Assembly (NCBI RefSeq): GCF_006345805.1
Contig: NC_043003.1
Location: 86,490,001-86,554,000 of the forward strand
Origin: Octopus sinensis
Lineage: Eukaryota
Reading direction: 5' to 3'
Length of the DNA: 64,000 nt
Positions within the stretch are counted from its first letter, which is position 1. Each line of letters opens with the position of its first letter. Position numbers and translations under genes: made by a program. Shown in pieces: positions 13,400 through 25,483 of this stretch. The notes below the pieces were generated by a model. That model made no database searches. It saw only the letters and a list, made by a program, of their open reading frames with translations, and was not told where the DNA came from.

Positions 13400-14885
13400 G
13401 TGGGTGGTGAGCTAGTTGAAATGATTGAGATGGGTGGGCTGGCAGAATCGCAGAAGCATGGGATGAAATGCTTTCCAGCTATTACTTCGATATTTTACTC
13501 TCAAATCCCGCTGAGATTAAACTTTGACCGTCTATTTCAGGGTCGATAAAATAAAGACCTGTTGAGCATCGGAGTCGATGGTATCGAAATACAATCTCTC
13601 CTCGTGTATTGCTTAATTCAATTCCACCGTATGAAGTAGAAGCAACTGCAATTCAGATGGCTGCCACTCACGGGCATAAATCTTTACTGACGAGTGATAC
13701 AAAACTTCGTTGCCATCGAAACAATAAATAAGTGAATAAATAAAAATTATTTTATAGTCTAGTACCAAGATATGTTCATGGCATACACTCTAATGACATC
13801 GCGACGGCAGAAATAGAATAATGTTTAATAAATGTCTTGTAATATTGATTTCAAATAAGGCGGCGAGCTGGAGGAATCGTTAGCACACCGGGCGAAGTGC
13901 TTAACGGTGTTTCGTCTGCCGTTACGTTCTGAGTTCAAATTCCACTGATGTCGACTTTACCTTTCATCCTTTCGGGTCGATTAAATAAATACCAGTTATG
14001 CACTGGTCTCGATGTAATCGACTTAATCCCTTTGTCCTTGTCCTCTCTACGTTTAGCCTCTTGTGGGTAGTAAAGAGATAATATTGGCACAAGGCAAGCA
14101 CTTTCGCGGGAAAGGAATATATTGATTACATGAATCCTTGTCCTTAACTGACGCTTATTTTATCCATCCCAAAAGGATGAAAAGCAAAGTCGTCTTCGAT
14201 AAAATTTGAATTCAGAATTCCGCTGAGGTCGAATTTGCCTTTAATCAGTTCAGATTCGATAAAATATACACCAGTTGAGAATTGGGGTCTATGTAATCAA
14301 CTTACCTCTTTCACCGAATTTTCTGGCCTAATGCCACAATTTGAAAGAAATATCAAGATACATACCTTTATGTACTTCATTCAGTTCTCTGAGAGGGCCA
14401 TTTCCCCTCTCATTTTCATACTAAGTTTATCAAATAGGTAACATTAAAATAATGAAGGCCGATTAAATTGACTCTACATTCTTGCAAAATGTTGAAGTTT
14501 TAAGCTAAAAGAAAAAGCAAAATGTTCATCATTAGTACCGTAGAAAGTTGGCAGGCCGGACAAAATACGTAGTGTCAATTCTTTCTTCCGGTTTTACGCT
14601 CTAAGTCCAAATAGTATGGATTTTTATTATCGCTTCTACCGCAAATCTGGTATTGTATATCTATTCGTATTAAGGCTTCCTTTAAGGCGACGAGCTGGCA
14701 GCAGCGTTACCTTACCGGGAAAACACTTACTGGCATTCCTTCCAACTTTATGCTGTGAGTTCAATTGCCGCCGGGTTCGACTTTATCCTTCTATCCTTTT
14801 GAAGTCGATAAAATAAGTACCAGTTACGCACTTGGATCAATGTAATTGACTTACCTCTTTCTCCGAAATTGCTGGCCTTTGAAAT
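13400..14885. mobile_element. Cluster of Meta-like SINE copies (best preserved 13857-14080 +; also ~13430-13590 +, 14085-14215 -, 14215-14345 +, 14684-14880 +)
   Basis: Repeated GGCGGCGAGCTGG head and GTCGATAAAATAAGTACCAGTT domain. Confidence 0.7.
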
Positions 14886-15715
14886 CCATATTAAGGCTTC
14901 CTTTTAACTTTGCTCCGAATATTTAATAGTAACCAGTATAAGAAGAGTTTGTTCCCAGTAAATAAACGACATCAAACAACTTGTTTCAGAGGAATTATCA
15001 ATAGCAAAACCGTTCTCAATCGATATTTCTTTTAATTCGAAATTGTTGGTAAAGAACATTTAAGTATATGGCTTGCTTTATTTCTGCGTTTCATGTTCAC
15101 TACTCATATTAATGTTAATTAATTTTCTTTGTTTCTTTTGTACTTTTATGACGTATGTTTGGTAATCCTTGATCTCCTTTTTTGATTCCACACACACACA
15201 CACATACACACACATTCTCTCTCTATTTCCCTCTCTCCATCTCTCCCTCTCTTTTTTCCGCCTGTTTGTTTTTCTGTGAGTGCGTGTATGCAAGAATAAG
15301 TGTGTATGTGTCGTGCAAATTGAACTTCTTATCTATATGACCATGACGAAGTATATACCTCACAGCTATGAAACAAGCGATGATAGTCTGATTGTCTATC
15401 TGCTTTTACTCAACTCAATGTCGACTAAAAAACATTAATATACTCGTATTTAGCTATGTTTGATTTTGCAAACAAAGAAGCTTAAAGCATTTGAAGAGAT
15501 GTGTTTTTATCTTTGGGTAATTTTCCTGGGTAAAATACTGCTGCCATTAAAAGAAAGGTTTAACCTTCTTAGATACGAATTATACTGTTAAGTCATTCAT
15601 CTTTCCCTTAACGTCTTCATCTTCATCGGAACCGTCGTCATCAACACAACCACCACAGTTCCCATCTGCATCGTCATCAACGATCGCTGTCACAAACACG
15701 ACTACTAATGTAACC

Positions 15716-15945
15716 TATTTCTTTACTACCCACAAGGGGCTAAACACAGAGGGGACAAACAATGACAGACAAACGGATTAAGTCAATTACATCGACCCCA
15801 GTGCGTAACTAGTAGTTAATTTATCAACCCCGAAAGGATGAAAGGCAAAGTCGACCTGGGCGGAATTTGAACTCAGAACGTAACGGCAGGCGAAATACGG
15901 CTACGCATTTCGCCCGGCGTGCTAACGTTTCTGCCAGCTCGCCGC
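15716..15945 (-). mobile_element. Full-length Meta-like SINE with target-site duplication
   Basis: 12-bp TSD ACTAATGTAACC at 15704-15715 and 15947-15958. Confidence 0.9.
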
Positions 15946-17512
15946 AACTAATGTAACCACCATTATCGCACACAATACTCATAAATCATTACAATCATTA
16001 CAATTATCCTTACATAAATCATTACAATTATCCTCCTCACTACAATTATTATGATTATCATCACTCCTCTACGACCAGCGCCGTTGCCACCCGCTCATTG
16101 GCGATACAAAACTATCACTAGTATTACCGTCAACATTAGTATATTCGCCCACTAAAATAGCGTTTACATTTTTACATTCTGCTTAGCTTCTACGACCTCG
16201 AGTTACCTTCTACACTACTATACTCAGGGTAACTTTTAACCCCTTTATATCCTTTCACAAAACTATAGAAACTATAATGGTTTCTATTGCATTACTGGTG
16301 TAGAGATATAAAATTAGGCGTAGTGTTTAGCTGCATATTTAAGGTTCGTGTTTAGATGTAGCAGGTAAATCGAATGTAGAAGTTTTGACTAGTCTAAAGG
16401 TTAAGTCGAGTATAGAGATTTACTAGGTAGCTGAGTATAAAGGTGCAGAAGTTAGTCTGGTTATTGAGGTGTAGAAGGTAATCTTGCATACAGCCATGCA
16501 GAGGGAACTCGAGTATTGAACTGTACAATGTAAGCCAAGTGCAGAGATGTAAAAGGTCTATCGAGAGTAAAGATTTTGCAGGTACGTCGTATGTAAATGC
16601 GGAAAATAAACCATTCGCCCCTGGAAGGGTTCCTTATATATAAGCAAGGGAAATAACCCATTCATTTTCCTAAATTACTTTGTAAAATGAAATTGAGTAT
16701 GCCTATTTCTTTGTATTTGAACTGTTAGAGTTATTTTCGCAATTTATTCAGTACAACCCTTAAACAAGTAAATAGTATTTTCCTAAACAATAGATCCACT
16801 AATTTCGGTTAGTGAATATACCAACACTAGCGTCACTGAGTGTAATATTCTGTGGGAACGCACAAAAGCCCTTTTCAGAGTTATTTACTTTGAATTGTTA
16901 TTATCTCATATCTGATTAGCCTGCTAATCGATTTTAGTTTATATACCTTATTAGTACTTACTCCTATGCTTTATATACTCTGGAAACGCATTAAATCTCT
17001 TTTCGGTGCTAATTTATTTGAATTCTTACTATCGGGTAACTAATTTTATGCTATTACATAACTGACTTCTCAGTTTGGGTATTCATAACTTATTGGGAAT
17101 TCCTAAAAACAAGATCCTGTGTAAGACAGTTCGGTATTCTCTGAAAATGTATAAAAACCGTTTTAAGGGCTACATACTTTGTATTGTTGTTATAGGATTA
17201 ACGAAACAATTATGAGAACGGAACCAAGAGATAAGCCCCACTTTCCCGGGATTTACTGGGTACGTCAGCTAGTACATACATTCATACATGCATACATGGA
17301 CACACACACACACACACACACATACACACACACACATATATATATTCTTCGTGGAAAATAGCGATTTTGACGTCTATATCTAGCATGTTGACCTTCCACT
17401 TTTAGTGGTGAATCCTTTAAATTTTGTATGTAAAAATATTTTAATCTTCAGATTTTTTTAATATGCTGGGCCACTGGTTTTAATTGATTAATATCAATTT
17501 CAACCCTTATTC

Positions 17513-17579
<67 letters not shown>

Positions 17580-17829
17580 TAATTAATCAATATAGGGTGG
17601 CAAAAAAAAATTTTGTAGAATTTTTTTGCCACCAGCGGCCTAGTGCGAAAAAATTAAATATCTGACCTAAGATTTTCAAATCATCGCACTCGCGCCAAAT
17701 TTATCGGCAGCAAATGGAATCGGCGGCTTATAAATTTGGCGCGAGTGCGATGATTTGAAAATTTTAGGTCAGATATTGCCGAGGCAGGGATTGAAGTTCC
17801 TCGTGAAAATATCTGTTCCGATCTGGCTG

Positions 17830-17934
17830 TTTCTTACTGACGAATCTATCGGCCTATGGAAGATTGGCTTGATTTAATTTAATCAGGTTAGTTTACCATT
17901 AAACAATAGATGAAACGGTGCATCGTATAAGAAA
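17830..17934 (+). ncRNA. Type I hammerhead ribozyme with extended stem II (copy 1)
   Basis: TTTCTTA-CTGACGA-ATCTAT..56 nt..ATAGAT-GAAA-CGGTGCATCG-TA-TAAGAAA; predicted cleavage after GUA at 17927. Confidence 0.88.
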
Positions 17935-18319
17935 TTACAGGGTAAATGTTTTTTTAATTTTCTCCTGGTTTGCGGAATTAATGTTATTTTGCGGTTGAAG
18001 CTTTGGCTGTTATTTCTAGTGTGTGAATGGCCTATTATGGCCGTTCCTTGATTGTGATGTTGAACTTATAAATGGTCTATGACTATTTAATTTTTTCCCA
18101 CTAGGCCGCTGGTGGCAAAAAAATTCTACAAAATTTTTCTTGCCACCCTATATTGATTAATTATGAATTTTCTGGTTAATTCCGTAATGGAATCGGCGGC
18201 TTATATTTATTTGCTGCCGATAAATTTGGCGCGAGTGCGATGATTTGAAAATTTTAGGTCAGATATTGCCGAGGCAGGGATTGAAGTGCCTCGTGAAAAT
18301 ATCTGTTCCGATCTGGCTG

Positions 18320-18424
18320 TTTCTTACTGACGAATCTATCGGCCTATGGAAGATTGGCTTGATTTAATTTAATCAGGTTAGTTTACCATTAAACAATAGA
18401 TGAAACGGTGCATCGTATAAGAAA
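18320..18424 (+). ncRNA. Type I hammerhead ribozyme (copy 2)
   Basis: Identical to copy 1; cleavage after 18417. Confidence 0.88.
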
Positions 18425-18810
18425 TTACAGGGTAAATGTTTTTTTAATTTTCTCCTGGTTTGCGGAATTAATGTTATTTTGCGGTTGAAGCTTTGGCTGT
18501 TATTTCTAGTGGGTGAATGGCCTATTATGGCCGTTCCTTGATTGTGATGTTGAACTTATAAATGGTCTATGACTATTTAATTTTTTCCCACTAGGCCGCT
18601 GGTGGCAAAAAAATTCTACAAAATTTTTTTTTGCCACCCTATATTGATTAATTATGAATTTTCTGGTTAATTCCGTAATGGAATCGGCGGCTTATATTTA
18701 TTTGCTGCCGATAAATTTGGCGCGAGTGCGATGATTTGAAAATTTTAGGTCAGATATTGCCGAGGCAGGGATTGAAGTGCCTCGTGAAAATATCTGTTCC
18801 GATCTGGCTG

Positions 18811-18915
18811 TTTCTTACTGACGAATCTATCGGCCTATGGAAGATTGGCTTGATTTAATTTAATCAGGTTAGTTTACCATTAAACAATAGATGAAACGGT
18901 GCATCGTATAAGAAA
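18811..18915 (+). ncRNA. Type I hammerhead ribozyme (copy 3)
   Basis: Identical to copy 1; cleavage after 18908. Confidence 0.88.
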
Positions 18916-19300
18916 TTACAGGGTAAATGTTTTTTTAATTTTCTCCTGGTTTGCGGAATTAATGTTATTTTGCGGTTGAAGCTTTGGCTGTTATTTCTAG
19001 TGGGTGAATGGCCTATTATGGCCGTTCCTTGATTGTGATGTTGAACTTATAAATGGTCTATGACTATTTAATTTTTTCCCACTAGGCCGCTGGTGGCAAA
19101 AAAATTCTACAAAATTTTTTTTGCCACCCTATATTGATTAATTATGAATTTTCTGGTTAATTCCGTAATGGAATCGGCGGCTTATATTTATTTGCTGCCG
19201 ATAAATTTGTCGCGAGTGCGATGATTTGAAAATTTTAGGTCAGATATTGCCGAGGCAGGGATTGAAGTTCCTCGTGAAAACATCTGTTCCGATCTGGCTG

Positions 19301-19405
19301 TTTCTTACTGACGAATCTATCGGCCTATGGAAGATTGGCTTGATTTAATTTAATCAGGTTAGTTTACCATTAAACAATAGATGAAACGGTGCATCGTATA
19401 AGAAA
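19301..19405 (+). ncRNA. Type I hammerhead ribozyme (copy 4)
   Basis: Identical to copy 1; cleavage after 19398. Confidence 0.88.
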
Positions 19406-19550
19406 TTACAGGGTAAATGTTTTTTTAATTTTCTCCTGGTTTGCGGAATTAATGTTATTTTGCGGTTGAAGCTTTGGCTGTTATTTCTAGTGGGTGAATG
19501 GCCTATTATGGCCGTTCCTTGATTGTGATGATATATATATATATATATAT

Positions 19551-20494
19551 ATTAAAATGAGGAGAGTGAAGAATTTGAACATTCAAACGTTTTGTTTATT
19601 TCCAGTTAGAATACAATTCTGACATGTGTTTCGATCGCACCAGTCGCATATTGTTGCATATTCATATACAGCGGCTTATGCATTATTGGTGCGATCTCTT
19701 CAGGGCAAATAAATTTGACATCGTTTGAAGTGGAATTTTCCTCCTTAGTTAGTTTGAATTAGATTTGGTAGCAGTACTAAACTCTGAACATTCCTGAAGG
19801 AGATGTTTTTCTCGACTGTTCGGGTGAAATTCAAAAGCATCAGCAGCAGTGATTGTTGAGGTCAACAACTGTTCCTGGTTAAGCTGGGGGTGATTAGTTA
19901 TAGAATACTTATTTTTGAATGATTCTACATACTTTATAGAAACAAGGCATATTGATAGCATTCACAGTTGATTGCATTATTTGAATTTTGTGAAGGTTAT
20001 TTATAGTAGTAGTTGATAATTGCTAATAAGATAAAACAAGGTGGTTATTTAAAAATAAAAAAACGAATAGTCTGTTGCATTTTCAATTCTTCTAACTTGT
20101 TACTTTTTATTTATAGGTTTTAAAGTGTTTTTAGGTTAAATTATATATAATGTAATATAAATCTATAAATTGAATTTAATTTTTATATTCTTAATATGCG
20201 TCTTAATAATATAGTTATTATAGTCAGGTTTAGAGAAAAGGTTTATGGATATTATATAGATTAATGCATCCTATTATTCAAATTTCTTAAAAAGAAAACG
20301 TTTGTGTAAGGAATTAAAACTTATTTCTAGTCTAGTGTTAACTAATTTATGTTAACCAATAATGCGTAAATCACTGCATATGAATATGCAACAATATGTG
20401 ATTGGTGCGATCGAAACACGTGCCGAACTTTTATTCTCTGTGGAAATAAACAAAAAGTTTCAATGTTCAAATTCTTCATTCACATCATTTTAAT
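19551..20494 (-). mobile_element. PLE 3' remnant with inverted pLTR copy
   Basis: 19551-19690 and 20355-20494 are ~140-bp diverged inverted repeats. ORF 19749-19961(-) contains NHPQLN, like the P-x-L-N end of PLE GIY-YIG domains. Hammerhead core on the minus strand. Confidence 0.65.
19614..19708 (-). ncRNA. Hammerhead-like motif with long stem II (stem I eroded)
   Basis: CTGAAGA-GATCGCACCA...TGGTGCGATC-GAAA-CACATG-TC (CACGTG in the inverted copy). Confidence 0.55.
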
Positions 20495-20671
20495 ATTGTT
20501 CTTTACACTCTAAGTAGCCAAGAAAACAATTGGTACATTAGATGAGAGCTGAAGGTAGATTACCAAAAACGTACCATTGGAAGGAACCAGCGTTAGTATT
20601 TTACTCTGAGAAGTTCGATATGTGCATGGATATCATATCCCTCCTCTTACTATATATACATGCATACATGC

Positions 20672-20789
<118 letters not shown>

Positions 20790-20797
20790 CCCCCCCC

Positions 20798-20832
<35 letters not shown>

Positions 20833-20835
<3 letters not shown>

Positions 20836-21417
20836 TAGAACCACGCAATTCAAGTGTATCAGTGTACGAGTAATTTTCTGTACGAGCCGAGAGTGGTGCG
20901 AATTTTTGCCTTCAAGTACGATTGGAAATCTGCAGTACGAGCGAGTTTCATACAAGTGACCTCTAGTCGGCGCTGACCTCGCACACGCTCTCCCAACAAG
21001 TTCAGCCTCCGCTCGCTCAGTTCATGTGTTTATCTCGTTGTGGCAACATCTCTGTTGTGTTTTTCCAAGCATTTTGTTTTTAATATTGTGCGTTTTTTTT
21101 TTGCTATTATTTTATAATGATTAGTTGTGTTAGCCATAGACGCTAAGAAAGTTAGTGCAAAGGACAATGCTGAGAAGAAAAAGTTGTTTACGATAGAATT
21201 GAAAAAGGAAATCAATGAAAAATATGAGGAGTTCGCGTAGTGGATATACCTCGACAACCGAAGCACGTTGACGATCTGTACTATCCTGAAAAAAAAGGAC
21301 GAAATCAAGTCCGTTGCAACAGCAAAGGATGTCTCCAGGCTCTCCATGCAACGTGCATCTGTCCACGTGAGGAATAAAATTGCTTCTCCGGTGGATTAAC
21401 GAAAAGCAACTCGGCAT
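20833..21417 (+). mobile_element. Tigger/pogo DNA transposon 5' fragment
   Basis: Terminus CAGTAGAACC.CG; decayed CENP-B-type HTH AKKVSAKDNAEKKKLFTIELKKEINEKYE...STLTICTILKKKDEIK. Confidence 0.75.
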
Positions 21418-21419
21418 TT

Positions 21420-23190
21420 ACTTTCTCACTTTTTATTCCAAAATCAAGTTGTAGTTTGACACTTCGAGATCGAGCAAATCCATTGTCCTGATTCTCTCCA
21501 AAGTAATAACCTTATGGTTATGTAATTATCAATATTATTTCAGCTTATTTTGCTGGGTATTATGGAAAGTGTCAAAGTGAGACTTGTTTACTGATCATGC
21601 TTCAAGTACCCTACGGAGAACTCTTGCAGTTCCATGATGATTTTAGTAGGTATTCTATCTTTATATCCGTTCTAATATTTTTGAGCCACAATGGTAGTTC
21701 GGTGCAGAGCGCTAATCTCTATCGGTATCACGTCCACTCACTCCATTGCCTACAAACTTCGTATTTCCTACTTCAGTTCATCCTAGTTTTTCACATTTCC
21801 TCTCCTTTCACTTCGATTCTGTTGTCAGCAGGATATGCTATGTCTTATCAGGCATGTTTTTTCTCATCACAATATCAGGTTTCCGACGTCTAATCTGAAT
21901 CATTGCATCCTACAGAATTTTGCAATTCTCTTTCTCAGTGGTTCTTTCTGATCAGTGTCACTCTTGGGATGGAATGCAACATCAATGTCAATTGTTTCCA
22001 TATCTTCTTTCTTTTGCCATTTTTTAAATTCCACCTCCATACCAAACTGATGCTATCACCCATGTATTTACTGCTTGGATTCTATTCCTTTCAGCCAATT
22101 TTGAGCGCACCACCAATCTTAGTCTTCAGAAATATTCTTTACTCAGCGCTTCTTTCATTTCCATCACTATGATTTCATTGAACTCAGAGTATTCCGTATC
22201 TGGTAATTCTATCCCCACCAGGGACAGTATCTTGCCTCTTTCCAGGCTCATTATACCACACGTGTTCGAATTCTATCTTACCATCAGCTTCTTATACCCA
22301 GCTACTTGCTGAGTATAAAAATCAGTTTGCTTCAGACCGCTGAGCCATTCAGCTCCAGAATTGTGTTGCATTGGCTTACACTATATCTCACCCCAAAACT
22401 GTAGATTTTCATCTGAATCAGGAAATAACATTTCGCATGATAAATCATCATTAATATCTCGATAAAATCTTTTTTGGTCGATTGTAAACAATGATTTTCC
22501 TGATATTGTTTAATTCGTTGCTGAAACTTAGTCTTGCTTCCTTGACAAGTATGTGTTGCTCTTCAGTACATACTGCTCTGCAATAACAACATTTAGTCTA
22601 TTCGTATCAACGCCATACTTCTTCAGTTTTTCAAACTTACTATCGTTCTTCAATTCGTCTTTGTTTCAATGTGTTTCAATAAATTCACTTTACTTGTTTC
22701 TTGATTTAGTTTCCCTTGGTCAGCCTTCTTGAAGCCATACAGGAATTTTGTCTCTTCTGCATTTGATAGATACCAAACCCTGCTTACTATCGTCTGGTCT
22801 TCATCGTTTAAATGATCTCTGATCTCGATTCTTTCATTACTCATACCAGTATATTCTTGCGAGTCAATTCCTTCCATTATGCCACTTTTGTTTAGCACAA
22901 CATTACCTGGTATGCTTATTTTGATAGATGCTAACTCCAATTCTGATAACCACCCGTCTTTCCGTATTGCTCTTGCTTGATCATATAATCTCAGTTTGGT
23001 CATTTCAGACATTTCCATCCCCTTCCATTCTCTGTGCATTCTTTGTCTGTATCCTCTGACTAATGCGACATTTGCATCTACTGTAACGCTCCGATAGTAA
23101 CACTCTACAACCATCATGATTATTTGTTTACTCCACATTTGTATCGTAACATAGTTAGCAGTTGCTGGATTACGACTGGGCCTACCCAGT
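21420..23190 (-). mobile_element. R4/Dong-clade (RLE) LINE, decayed N-terminal and RT region
   Basis: ORF 22650-23471(-) contains WSKQIIMMVVECYYRS...GYRQRMHREW...RLYDQARAIRKDGWLSELEL, typical of the R4/Dong N-terminus; adjacent to (AAT)n. Confidence 0.7.
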
Positions 23191-23289
23191 TGTAAGATGT
23201 GTACTTTTAATAGTAGTGGTGGCAATGAAAATCTTAGTAAGAGTAATGATAATGATGGTGGTAATAGTGGCAAGTGGTAATAAAAGAAG

Positions 23290-23294
<5 letters not shown>

Positions 23295-23355
<61 letters not shown>

Positions 23356-23384
23356 AGAAGAAGAAGAAGAAGAAGAAGAAGAAG

Positions 23385-23413
<29 letters not shown>
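23295..23413. repeat. (AAT)n-(GAA)n compound microsatellite
   Basis: Read directly. Confidence 0.95.
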
Positions 23414-23415
<2 letters not shown>

Positions 23416-23869
23416 GCGAATGCTAGGGTGGTGAAAGGATTTGAGAACGCTTCATTTATAACATACCCCAAAGGTCTGCGCCAAACACATCCTCAGACAG
23501 CCAAGACCAACCTCTGAACTGCGCAGGGCGAAGCCGTTTGCTACTGTTTCCAGTTTGCGACCAATAAGATACGTTTTGGCCAAGTCTAGTGTAGATATAA
23601 ACCCACTACATCATAACACCTTTCGTAGTCTTTCTGTTCAATCATTTCACAGGCAAATACAGGGGTCATACTCTTCGCTTCTGCACAACTGAGCTGATAA
23701 TATTTGACTTTCGGTTTCACACCTCTAGTAACTTTTTTGACTAAATCTGTTACTTCTCTTTTGGGAGGGATTTTCGTTTTTTTTTTTCAAGTAGATTTGG
23801 TCAATACAACGTAAATATTTTTGTACTTAATCGGTATTTTCCTTGTAATTTTCTCTTTCTTCTTTTAAA

Positions 23870-25483
23870 TTTTGTTCCAGTTGTTAGACTGCGGTCATGC
23901 TGGAGCACCGCCTTCAATTTTTAGCTGAATGAATCAACCTCCAGTACTTCTTTTTAACGCCTGCTACTTATTCTATCGATCGTTTTGCTGAACCGCTATG
24001 TTACGAGGACGTAAACACACCAACACCGGTTGTTAAGCGGTGGGGTGGACCAAATACATACAAAAAACACACACCCGTAGATATATATATACATACTATA
24101 CACACATACACATAGATGTATACACACACACACATACACAAACGTGACAGAAGTAAATAGACACCCCATAAAACATCGTTTTATGTTTATTCTAACTTTA
24201 ACTGTTTATATCTTATTAGTAATTGACATTTTTCTGCTTCAGGTTCTTTATGTGACTGTTTAATCATGCCACATACATAAGACACCTCTGAATTGTCTGA
24301 ATTTCAAAGGGGCCATATTGTGGATCAACCTGAAGGTGGACAGAGCATAAAATTGCAGAAAAACGTGGGATACCGCTCCTACAGTTACTAGAGTGATTGT
24401 GCAATTCACCAGAGAGAGTAAGGAGTTTACATTATATCTCCCAGGTTGACCAGGGCTCTCTGACAGGACCCTTCTCGCTGCAACGCCTCTGGCATAGCAG
24501 AACACGTTGATGTCAGTCCCAGAACAGCTAGTTGTCAGGTATCCCCACAAACTTGGTTACTATGGAAGAACAACAAAAAGGAAGCCACTTCTTTGACCTG
24601 CCAATATCAAGCACAGAAAAGATTGGGCCAGTGAGATGAGAGAGAGGTCACTAGCATTTTGTAACTGTCATATTCTCCAATGAGATTTGCTGTATTTTCT
24701 GACAGTGGTTGTATGTAGGTCTGGAGATTCTGTGATCAAAAGTTTGACGTGCAAAGATTGCAACGAACAATGAAACATGGCAGTTATTCTGTGATGGTTT
24801 GGGGATCAATTTGGAGCAATGGTCAATCAATCATAACTGGTGGAGTGTAAGGGAAACTTGAACTCTGATAAATATATGACCATATTGCAGAAAGGACTCC
24901 TTCCAATCTTCTCCAGGGGTGAAATGATTAAAGAAAACGGCTAAAATGACCCAAGATTTGTTGGATGAGAATGGCATTAAAACGTTTCCATGGCCAAAAC
25001 AGTCACCAGATATAAACCATATTGAACACCTCTGAGGCATAATGGACAGGATATTTCATAAAAAGAACAAGAAGGCATCTTCAAAGCAAACTCTTTTGAG
25101 ATTACTGCATGAAACTTGGCAATAAATTCCTCAAGAGAATATTTGTCACCTAATCATTAACATGCCTAATAGGGTCCTTGCGTTGAAAAATGCAAGGGAC
25201 ATGTAAACTAAATATCAAATATTCACAACATAACAATTAATAATTTGACTCTATAATTTTAGATTTAAATAAAATTAACGATTATAAGTGTGTCTATTTA
25301 CTTCTGTCATTCTATATATACGACAGGCTTCTTTCAGTTTCCGTCTACCAAATCCACTCACAAGGCTTTGGTTGATCCGAGGCTATAGTACAAGGCACTT
25401 GCCAAGGGTGCTACGTAGTGGTATTGAAACCGGAACTATGTGGTTGGGAAGGAAGCTTCTTACCCCAGAGCCACGTCTGCACC
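23870..25483 (-). mobile_element. CORE-like SINE split by a Tc1 insertion
   Basis: 3' half at 23870-24060 and 5' half at 25320-25483; the break lies in the SINE's internal microsatellite. Confidence 0.75.
24140..25313 (+). mobile_element. Tc1-like DNA transposon, decayed
   Basis: TIRs TGACAGAAGTAAATAGACAC / GTGTCTATTTACTTCTGTCA; remnants SVMVWGSI, GNLNSDKY and FPWPKQSPDINHIEHL (WPxxSPDLNPIE motif). Confidence 0.85.

Larger units (their letters stand above)
17575..19530 (+). mobile_element. Tandem array of 490-bp hammerhead-containing monomers (retrozyme-like / PLE-associated) with 5' inverted segment
   Basis: Periods of 490, 491 and 490 between hammerheads; copies differ at only a few positions. 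17575-17715 consists of inverted pieces of the monomer. (TA)n on both flanks; no ORF. Confidence 0.9.

Noticed and set aside
13681-13735. CTGACGA...GAAA hammerhead-like spacing
   Set aside because: Stem II and stem III do not pair convincingly and there is no NUH triplet followed by a stem I partner.
17716-19530. CRISPR array or plain satellite interpretation of the tandem repeat
   Set aside because: The units are wholly identical 490-mers with no unique spacers, there are no cas genes, and the context is eukaryotic. The ribozyme and the 5' inversion argue against a simple satellite.
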